Source of the DNA: PVC group bacterium
Lineage (GTDB): Bacteria; GCA-001730085; JADFSZ01
Assembly (NCBI GenBank): GCA_022560555.1
Contig: JADFSZ010000036.1
Coordinates: 1 to 11,793, forward strand
Direction of reading: 5' to 3'
Length of the DNA stretch: 11,793 nt
Below, one piece after another: positions 1 to 5,636 of this stretch. The notes below the pieces were generated by a model. It saw nothing but the letters and a program-made list of their open reading frames with translations, did not search any database and was not told where the DNA came from. Positions within the stretch are counted from its first letter, which is position 1. The number at the start of each line of letters is the position of its first letter. Made by a program: the position numbers and the translations under genes.

Positions 1-95
1 GAGTTCGGAGATAAAAGCAGAATAGTTCGTAGTTCGGAGAAAAAAGAAAAAGATTCGGAATGAAGAGTTTAGGGTTGGGGAGCCGGACAAAGATT

Positions 96-1250
96 ATGAA
101 AATAAATATAAGTAAAAAAGTCAAAAAAGTTCCTCCCTCGGGAATACGCGCGTTTTTTGATCTCGTGTTGGGAATGGATGATGTGATTTCCTTGGGTGTC
201 GGGGAGCCGGATTTTGTGAGTCCCTGGAACGTTTGTGAGGCGGCCATCCACAGCATTGAGAACGGCTTGACGTCTTATACGTCTAATAAGGGGATGATTG
301 AGCTGAGACAAGCGATCAGCGAAGATCTCCGCGAAAGGTATAAAATAACATATCATCCGGATTCGGAGATCTTGATCACGGTGGGAGTAAGCGAAGCTTT
401 GGATTTGGCCTTAAGAGCTATTCTTGATCCGGGCGATACCGTTTTGATTCCCGAGCCGTGTTATGTCTCGTATCATCCGTTGAGCGAGCTGGCCGGAGGA
501 AAAGCAGTTTATGTTCCGACAACATTGAAGACGAACTTTAAATTGACGCCTCAAATTTTAAAAAAGCACATTGGTCCTAAAGTACGGGCCATCATATTCA
601 ACTATCCGTCTAACCCGACGGGAACATCTTATTCCAAAAAAGAGCTTTTGGCTTTGTCAAAAATCTTTTTAAAGCATAAAATTGCCGTAATCAGCGATGA
701 AATTTACGGAGAACTGACATATGATAACCCCCATGTTCCTTTTCCCACTTTGCCCGGAGTCAAGGATCTGACAATCTATCTGAATGGGTTTTCAAAGGTC
801 CATGCTATGACCGGCTGGCGCATTGGTTATGCGTGCGGGCCGCGGCATGTGATAGAAGCTATGGAAAAAATTCATCAATACTCCATCATGTGCGCTCCGA
901 TTGCGGGGCAGATTGCCGGTATTGAAGCTGTGAAAAACTCCGCTAATGCTGTTCGGGATATGAAGAGAGAATATTTTCTTCGAAGAGAATTTCTTGTTTC
1001 ACGACTCAATCATTTGGGGCTTGACTGTCGCAAGCCCGAAGGAGCCTTTTATGTGTTTCCTTCTATTAAGAAAACCGGGCTGACGGATCTCGAATTCTCG
1101 AGACGTCTTCTTGAGAAAGAAAATGTGGCTGTTGTGCCGGGGTCTGCTTTTGGGCCGTCAGGCAAAGGGCACATCCGCATGGCTTATGCGTCCAGCATGA
1201 TCAAGCTTAAAGAAGCCATGCTTCGTATTGAGCGATTTTGTCGAAAATAA
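96..1250 (+). CDS. Class I/II PLP-dependent aminotransferase (aspartate/aromatic aminotransferase family)
   Basis: Long ORF containing family motifs: PPSGIRAFFDL...ISLGVGEPDF near the N-terminus, NYPSNPTG, ISDEIYGELTYD, and the PLP-lysine motif NGFSKVHAMTGWRIGY. The C-terminal region reads VVPGSAFG...GHIRMAYA. The ORF is open from ATG 60, but ATG 96 (MKINISKKVKKVPPSGIR) gives the usual N-terminal length for this family. The start is therefore uncertain by 36 nt. Stop codon is TAA. Confidence 0.9.
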   Translation: MKINISKKVKKVPPSGIRAFFDLVLGMDDVISLGVGEPDFVSPWNVCEAAIHSIENGLTSYTSNKGMIELRQAISEDLRERYKITYHPDSEILITVGVSEALDLALRAILDPGDTVLIPEPCYVSYHPLSELAGGKAVYVPTTLKTNFKLTPQILKKHIGPKVRAIIFNYPSNPTGTSYSKKELLALSKIFLKHKIAVISDEIYGELTYDNPHVPFPTLPGVKDLTIYLNGFSKVHAMTGWRIGYACGPRHVIEAMEKIHQYSIMCAPIAGQIAGIEAVKNSANAVRDMKREYFLRREFLVSRLNHLGLDCRKPEGAFYVFPSIKKTGLTDLEFSRRLLEKENVAVVPGSAFGPSGKGHIRMAYASSMIKLKEAMLRIERFCRK

Positions 1251-1256
1251 TTCCCT

Positions 1257-1928
1257 TTACATCTTAACGAGTTTACGCAGCTTGAGCGAAAGGTTCTTTT
1301 TGTCCTTTCCTCTCAGGGGTTTTGCGCTAAGAGTGACACGATCATTTGGCAGAAATAAGTACTCAAAAATGTAGAGGCTGGAATCTTCAGGCTGAAGAGT
1401 TTGGTCTTGATACTGCTTTATGTCAACAGTTGAAAGGGATTTTTGTTCAAAATAAACGTAATCATCGCGTTCCTTCCAGCTCTTCAGGAAATTTAAAAGA
1501 TCATCTCTCTTTTGTAATCCGGCTTTCGCAAGCTGAAAAATCGAACTGGGAGGCCCCACGAGCAAGGCGTGTGATGCTTCGACGGGGTGTGTTTGTCCTG
1601 ATGTGTTTTTTAGTTGAAAGTCCAAGATTTTTTGTCCGGATGCAAGAATGTCCCAATCATTTTGATGGGACGATTTCCCTCGTTTATCAAACATCGTTTT
1701 TTCATAACTTTGGCGAACCTCATACCGACAGCCGATACATTGTGTGCGGGAGAAGGGGGCCTTGATGAGATGAATTTCCCCGAGCCTCCCCTCAAAACTT
1801 TTTTCCCCTGCTGAAGAAAGAGACAATCCTTGAAGAGCCGAATCTTCATGGGCGAGGTCGCGCCGGATGACAAATAAACTAACGGCGACAATAACAGCAA
1901 CTAAAATTAAAAGGATAATAATCAGCAT
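1257..1928 (-). CDS. Hypothetical membrane-anchored protein with one N-terminal TM helix, possibly GIDE-like
   Basis: 223-aa ORF with ATG at 1928 and TAA stop. It starts with a strongly hydrophobic segment, MLIIILLILVAVIVAVSLFVI, followed by RRD. The soluble part contains EGRLGEIHLIKAPFSRTQCIGCRYEV and ILDFQLKNTSGQTHPV. From memory these resemble the bacterial GIDE (MUL1-type) domain pattern, but this is not verified. The + strand ORFs overlapping it (1346-1765, 1614-1814) have no recognisable features. Confidence 0.6.
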   Translation of the reverse strand: MLIIILLILVAVIVAVSLFVIRRDLAHEDSALQGLSLSSAGEKSFEGRLGEIHLIKAPFSRTQCIGCRYEVRQSYEKTMFDKRGKSSHQNDWDILASGQKILDFQLKNTSGQTHPVEASHALLVGPPSSIFQLAKAGLQKRDDLLNFLKSWKERDDYVYFEQKSLSTVDIKQYQDQTLQPEDSSLYIFEYLFLPNDRVTLSAKPLRGKDKKNLSLKLRKLVKM

Positions 1929-1984
1929 GAGACATCAAAAATTAACAAAAATGATTCTAAAATTTTTATTTAAATAAAGGGAAC

Positions 1985-2001
1985 GAACCCATCGGGGGTT
2001 C
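1985..2001 (-). terminator. Candidate intrinsic terminator downstream of tRNA-Ser
   Basis: On the minus strand, GAACCC-CCGAT-GGGTTC forms a 6-bp GC-rich stem with a 5-nt loop. It is followed by GTTCCCTTTATTTAAATAAAAATTTT, which is U-rich but interrupted. Confidence 0.35.
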
Positions 2002-2006
2002 TCACT

Positions 2007-2049
2007 CTCCCTCTCCGTAAAAAGCTAAAAGCCTTTTACGGAGAGGGAG
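2007..2049 (-). repeat. 16-bp perfect inverted repeat pairing the tRNA-Ser 3' acceptor/T-stem strand with its 3' trailer
   Basis: ctccctctccgtaaaa (2007-2022) is the exact reverse complement of ttttacggagagggag (2034-2049), with an 11-nt loop at 2023-2033. The stem can extend by t2006/g2050 (a G-U pair in RNA) and c2005/g2051. The right arm is the last 11 nt of the tRNA gene. Confidence 0.8.
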
Positions 2050-2127
2050 GGATTCGAACCCCCGGTACTGTTACCAGCACAACGGTTTTCGAGACCGCCA
2101 CGTTCAACCAGGCTCTGCCACCTCTCC
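2039..2127 (-). tRNA. tRNA-Ser (anticodon CGA), class II with a long variable arm
   Basis: The reverse complement reads GGAGAGG TG GCAGAGCCTGGTTGAACGTG GCGGT CTCGAAA ACCGT TGTGCTGGTAACAGTACC GGGGG TTCGAAT CCCTC CCTCTCC G. It has a 7-bp acceptor stem, and an anticodon loop CU-CGA-AA with U33 and A37. The variable arm is 18 nt (stem GTGCTG/CAGTAC). The T-loop is TTCGAAT and the discriminator is G73. CCA is not encoded. Caveat: the D-stem pairs poorly (G-U, C-G, A/C mismatch). Confidence 0.85.
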
Positions 2128-2131
2128 CTTT

Positions 2132-2166
2132 CATTAGCATATAGCGTTTAGCCTATAGCGCATAGA
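2132..2166. repeat. Array 1: five tandem heptads with a WTAGC core
   Basis: catTAGC ataTAGC gttTAGC ctaTAGC gcaTAGa. TAGC starts at 2135, 2142, 2149 and 2156, and TAGA at 2163, giving an exact 7-nt period. The array ends 5 nt from the tRNA 5' end. Confidence 0.8.
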
Positions 2167-2180
2167 AAAAAACAATCCAA
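2152..2180 (-). promoter_or_regulatory. Weak candidate sigma70-type promoter for tRNA-Ser
   Basis: On the minus strand: TTGGAT (reverse complement of 2175-2180), a 17-nt spacer, then TATAGG (reverse complement of 2152-2157). Matches are only 3/6 and 4/6 to consensus, and the element overlaps heptad array 1. Confidence 0.25.
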
Positions 2181-2227
2181 CCCTTTCTCAGGTGTTTGTA
2201 TCTCAAAAGATTTTGATGTTTTTCTCT

Positions 2228-2255
2228 TCTAAACGCTGAACGCTATCCGCTAAAT
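2228..2255. repeat. Array 2: four tandem heptads of the same core, in inverted orientation
   Basis: On the + strand: tCTAaac GCTGaac GCTAtcc GCTAaat, with cores at 2228, 2235, 2242 and 2249. The reverse complement reads attTAGC ggaTAGC gttCAGC gttTAGa. Confidence 0.75.
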
Positions 2256-2322
2256 TTGGAAACATTTTAACATATTCAAAGATTCACCGCAATTCAACTT
2301 CCCTTTCTGAAAGACGAAAGAA

Positions 2323-2973
2323 TTACCGGCTTTTGATCACACCAATACGTGGGCAGGAGACGGCCACGGTGCATTTTGAACAAAAAGGACTGATCGGAGC
2401 GCAAATAGTTTTTCCGTATTTCACAAGGGTTTCGTTAACGAGAGGCCAGTATTTGCGGGGAATAATGGCTTCAAGCCGTCGCTCCGTTTGATCCGGAGTT
2501 TTCGTTTTTGCCCAGCCGAGGCGATTGGAAATCCGGTGCACATGTGTGTCCACGGGAATCGCGTTCTTGCCAAAGGCGTACACCAAAACGCAATTTGCGA
2601 CTTTCCGTCCGACTCCGGGTAGACTCATTAATTGATCGAGTGTTTCGGGAACGTGACCATGAAAATCGTCCTGAATTTTATTGGCTGTGGCTATGATAGC
2701 TTTCGTTTTTGTGTTGTAAAAACCGATTTTTTTAATTATATTTTTAACAATCCGGGAATCAGCGTTGGCGAGGGTTTTGGGAGTGCCGTACTTTTTAAAT
2801 AATTCTTTTGAGACCGGAAGGGTGACCTCGTCTTTGGCGCGCGCGGACAGGATGGTTGCAATGAGCATCTGAAATGGAGTGTGCTTTTCTTTGAGTTCAG
2901 CCAGCATCGTGAGGTTCTCTATGCTTGACATAGCTTCAAGTGTTTTAATAATATTTTTCTTCGTGTTTTTCAT
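2323..2973 (-). CDS. nth: Endonuclease III (HhH-GPD DNA glycosylase/AP lyase with a 4Fe-4S cluster)
   Basis: Helix-hairpin-helix motif LPGVGRKVANCVL, including the catalytic Lys, followed by PVDTHVHRI. The C-terminal Cys cluster is CAPISPFCSKCTVAVSC (C-x6-C-x2-C-x5-C). The ORF is open back to a TTG at 3018. ATG at 2973 (MKNTKKN...) gives about 216 aa, the typical Nth length. Stop codon is TAA. Confidence 0.92.
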   Translation of the reverse strand: MKNTKKNIIKTLEAMSSIENLTMLAELKEKHTPFQMLIATILSARAKDEVTLPVSKELFKKYGTPKTLANADSRIVKNIIKKIGFYNTKTKAIIATANKIQDDFHGHVPETLDQLMSLPGVGRKVANCVLVYAFGKNAIPVDTHVHRISNRLGWAKTKTPDQTERRLEAIIPRKYWPLVNETLVKYGKTICAPISPFCSKCTVAVSCPRIGVIKSR

Positions 2974-3078
2974 GATAGGTGCGACCGGATGTATCTGAGA
3001 CAACTGATCCGGAACCAAAAGAGAGTGATCGTTAAATTATTTTACGTTCTCCCCCAAGCGTATCCGAAAGAATTATAA

Positions 3079-3108
3079 GTGTCAAGTAGACTTAACACAT
3101 GGTATAAT
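3079..3108 (+). promoter_or_regulatory. Candidate extended -10 promoter for the receiver/HD-GYP gene
   Basis: TGgTATAAT at 3100-3108 combines a perfect -10 hexamer with a TGn extension. The best -35 is GTGTCA at 3079-3084 (4/6) with an 18-nt spacer. It lies about 75 nt upstream of ATG 3182. Confidence 0.45.
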
Positions 3109-3181
3109 TTATAAGGTGTTTATTTGTTTCACGATATCTACCTACATTAACGTTTAAGGACATACACCCCCGCGTCTATCT

Positions 3182-4264
3182 ATGATCCAGAAACAAGCCC
3201 ATAAGATTCTTATCGTCGGCTCAAATCTTATTAACCTTAAAGTCTTGGAATCCAAACTCACAAGTTTGGGCTATTCTGTTGTTAAAGCAACAGATGGGGT
3301 GATGGCTATCCAGATGGCTAAAGATTTGATGGTGGATATGATTATTTTAGAGACACAAATTAAAGAAATGGACGGATATAAAATCGGGAAAACCGTAAAA
3401 ACAAACAGTGATATAAAACACATTATTACCGTTTTTGTAGTGGATGACGAAGGGAGTGTGTCACTGGAGAAAGCCGCGCAAGCGGGCGCAGATGAGTTTA
3501 TAGCGAGGCCCTTTGATCAGGTCGTTTTAGATTTGCGTCTCAAATCACTATTTAATTCCAAAATCATTACGGATGAATTTGCGGATCTTCAGGTTGATCT
3601 TGAGCTGAAAATTGCCCAGAGGGCCGTTGAGGCCATGGAGGCGAGCGACGCGGGACTTTATGCTTTGGCGAAGTTGGCAGAATCACGTGACCACGAAACA
3701 GGTGAACATTTGGATCGGATTCGCCGGTATTGTGTTGTTCTTACGCATGAACTTTCGAGCATGTATGAATTTGACGAACAAATTGAAAAAGGATTTATCG
3801 CGAATATTTATCGATCAAGCCCTCTTCATGATATCGGAAAAGTTGGGATTCCCGACAGTATTTTGTTAAAACCCGGAAAATTGACGGTTGAGGAATTTGA
3901 AATTATGAAAACACACACAACGATCGGCGCAACCATTTTAAAAGACGCTTATACGATGATGCAAAACAAACCCCACTTTGAATTGGCGTGGATTATCGCG
4001 TTGACTCATCACGAAAAATATAATGGGAACGGATATCCCCAAGGGACCAAGGGAAAAGACATCCCGCTGTGCGGGAGGATCGTTGCGTTGTGTGATGTTT
4101 ATGACGCTCTTGTCTCCAAAAGAGTTTACAAAGACGCGATGAGTCATGAGGAAGCAAAAAAAATTATTTTGGGTGAACCGGGCAAACATTTTGATCCCAT
4201 CATCGTTAAAGCTTTTGGAAATGTGGAACAGCAGTTTTTAGAAGTCAAGCGACGCTATCAATAG
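3182..4264 (+). CDS. Receiver-domain/HD-GYP c-di-GMP phosphodiesterase (RpfG-like) with an atypical receiver
   Basis: The N-terminal ~120 aa have a CheY-like layout (KILIV...DMIILETQIKEMDG...ARPF). The C-terminal part has HD-GYP motifs: ETGEHLDRIRRY, PLHDIGKVGIP, THHEKYNGNGYPQG and CDVYDAL. Stop codon is TAG. Confidence 0.92.
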   Translation: MIQKQAHKILIVGSNLINLKVLESKLTSLGYSVVKATDGVMAIQMAKDLMVDMIILETQIKEMDGYKIGKTVKTNSDIKHIITVFVVDDEGSVSLEKAAQAGADEFIARPFDQVVLDLRLKSLFNSKIITDEFADLQVDLELKIAQRAVEAMEASDAGLYALAKLAESRDHETGEHLDRIRRYCVVLTHELSSMYEFDEQIEKGFIANIYRSSPLHDIGKVGIPDSILLKPGKLTVEEFEIMKTHTTIGATILKDAYTMMQNKPHFELAWIIALTHHEKYNGNGYPQGTKGKDIPLCGRIVALCDVYDALVSKRVYKDAMSHEEAKKIILGEPGKHFDPIIVKAFGNVEQQFLEVKRRYQ

Positions 4265-4562
4265 TACGATCATGCTAAGGGCATCCTCTCTTACATTCCC
4301 CTCCCCCTTTTTTTATTATTGTTGTTTTTTTCAACATAGAGACTTCTTGGAAGCCATTTATGGGCAGCTTTTCAAAAACCTGTGTACAGAACATGGAGAA
4401 ATTCAGGTGAGTTGTGGGCGTAAATTATTCATATAAAATACTTTACACGAATTACGATTTTAAGGATGAAATTTTGGCCTGTCGATTGCAAAACCATTAA
4501 GGAACAAAGGTGGAGTTCAGTATGTACGGGGATTAATAAAAAAGGCACGAAAACGAGCGATA

Positions 4563-5555
4563 ATGAGACAAGCTAAAACAAAACATCATCTATGGCTCCT
4601 GAGCCGTAGAAATCATGCTGAAGTTACTCAAGGCTTGTCCGGCCTTGTGTACAGTCTTCATATCGAAAGTTCTATTGAAAGGATATCCTCTAAGCTAAGC
4701 CGCTTGCCGTGCGACCTCCTTCTGATCAATCTTCCCTTAAAGGAAGTTACCAAAGAGATGTTTGTCGAATTTCGTGAATGCCTAGGACATAAGAAAATTC
4801 CGATTATTGTTATTTCGTCCCCGGAGGATTTTTCTCTTTTCGTGCATGTTGTCAACAGATATGCGGATGATTACATTGTGAGTCCTGTTCGGGCTGTGGA
4901 ATTGAGCGCGCGCATCGAGAAAATTCTTAAAACAAAAAAGATTTCCGCGCGAAGTCTTCATTCGTTGACACATTTACCCAACCGTTTATGGACGCGTGAC
5001 ATGATTGAAGACATCATTCGTCGGAATATATTGTTCGCGACAGCCTGGATCGATATCAATGGATTAGAAACCTATAACGAGCTTTTTGGGTATCTTCAGG
5101 GGGATGACGTTTTGAGAGGGTTAGCGAGAATCATCAAAAACACTTTTGCGAAATGTGATCGGACAAAGTCAAGTTTTTGCGGACATTTAGGAAGCGATAA
5201 TTTTGTTGTGATCGATGATGTCAACCGGATGGATATGATCTGTCAAAATATTCTTCGGGAATTCGAAATTTTTAAAACATCTCTTTACAGCCAAAAAGAT
5301 CTTGAACATCAATATGTGATTTCCAAGGATCGAAAAGGCGAGTTGACCTTAGGCCCTTTGATGAGTCTTTCTATCGCCATTGTCACAAATGAAAAACGCC
5401 AAATTTATCATTTTGGGCAAATAAATATGATCGCGCGCCAAATGCACAAATTCCTTCTGACCCGTTCCGGTAGTCATATGATTAAAGATCGCCGGATGGA
5501 TTTTTTGGGCAGCAGTATGAATAGCCGTAGGCACCATTCAATCCCCATTTCTTAA
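4563..5555 (+). CDS. Receiver-like/GGDEF-like protein with a degenerate active site (GSDNF)
   Basis: The N-terminal half has a receiver-like layout (HLWLLS...CDLLLINLPL...IPIIVISS...YIVSPV). The C-terminal half aligns to a GGDEF domain: LTHLPNR, WIDINGLETYNELFGYLQGDDVL, CGHLGSDNFVVI and LSIAIV. Stop codon is TAA. Confidence 0.8.
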   Translation: MRQAKTKHHLWLLSRRNHAEVTQGLSGLVYSLHIESSIERISSKLSRLPCDLLLINLPLKEVTKEMFVEFRECLGHKKIPIIVISSPEDFSLFVHVVNRYADDYIVSPVRAVELSARIEKILKTKKISARSLHSLTHLPNRLWTRDMIEDIIRRNILFATAWIDINGLETYNELFGYLQGDDVLRGLARIIKNTFAKCDRTKSSFCGHLGSDNFVVIDDVNRMDMICQNILREFEIFKTSLYSQKDLEHQYVISKDRKGELTLGPLMSLSIAIVTNEKRQIYHFGQINMIARQMHKFLLTRSGSHMIKDRRMDFLGSSMNSRRHHSIPIS

Positions 5556-5607
5556 AAGTCCCCATCAGCTCATATAATGCGCCTCAAAGTGGCAGGATGG
5601 ACATTGT

Positions 5608-5636
5608 TTGACAAAATGTGAAATTGGCTCTATAAT
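5608..5636 (+). promoter_or_regulatory. Consensus sigma70-type promoter upstream of hppA
   Basis: TTGACA (5608-5613), an exact 17-nt spacer, then TATAAT (5631-5636). Both hexamers match consensus perfectly. It lies about 70 nt upstream of ATG 5707. A GGAGA Shine-Dalgarno sequence sits at 5692-5696. Confidence 0.65.

Noticed and set aside
60-95. Upstream start codons extending the aminotransferase (ATG 60) and nth (TTG 3018).
   Set aside because: The extensions (MKSLGLGSRTKI and MVPDQLSQIHPVAPI) add residues that I recall being absent from typical family members. The internal ATGs at 96 and 2973 give canonical N-termini. This is not excluded, because neither start has a clear Shine-Dalgarno sequence.
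1248-1310. A bidirectional terminator between the convergent aminotransferase and hypothetical genes. Only 6 bp separate their stops. A GAAAGG/CCTTTC hairpin lies at 1288-1309.
   Set aside because: The hairpin has a 6-bp stem, a 10-nt loop and no flanking U-tract on either strand, and it lies inside the minus-strand CDS. It is not a credible intrinsic terminator.
1346-1900. ORFs antisense to or nested within the 223-aa minus-strand gene: + strand ORFs 1346-1765 (139 aa) and 1614-1814, and the minus-strand, alternate-frame ORF 1610-1900.
   Set aside because: They have no recognisable motifs and an odd composition rich in Arg, Cys and Phe. The full-length minus-strand ORF has a clean N-terminal TM helix and domain-like features, so these are treated as shadow ORFs.
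1929-2330. Integrated mobile element at the tRNA-Ser 3' end.
   Set aside because: There is no integrase, no phage or plasmid genes, and no direct repeat of the tRNA 3' end. The flanking genes are ordinary housekeeping genes. Only short inverted or degenerate similarities are present.
4278-4330. The polypyrimidine/T-rich tract after the HD-GYP gene (cctctcttacattcccctccccctttttttattattgttgttttttt) as a terminator.
   Set aside because: No stable stem precedes the T-runs. The only pairing is AGGG/CCCT with a large loop. It is recorded as low-complexity sequence only.
4476-4520. Possible c-di-GMP-I (GEMM-I) riboswitch ahead of the GGDEF-like gene. TTGCAAAACCATT resembles the GGGCAAACCATTC segment of the Vibrio Vc2 aptamer.
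   Set aside because: Only one short segment matches. I found no second hairpin with the ACGCAAAGCC-type tetraloop-receptor half and no convincing P1 or P2 stems. A covariance-model scan (Rfam RF01051) would settle it.
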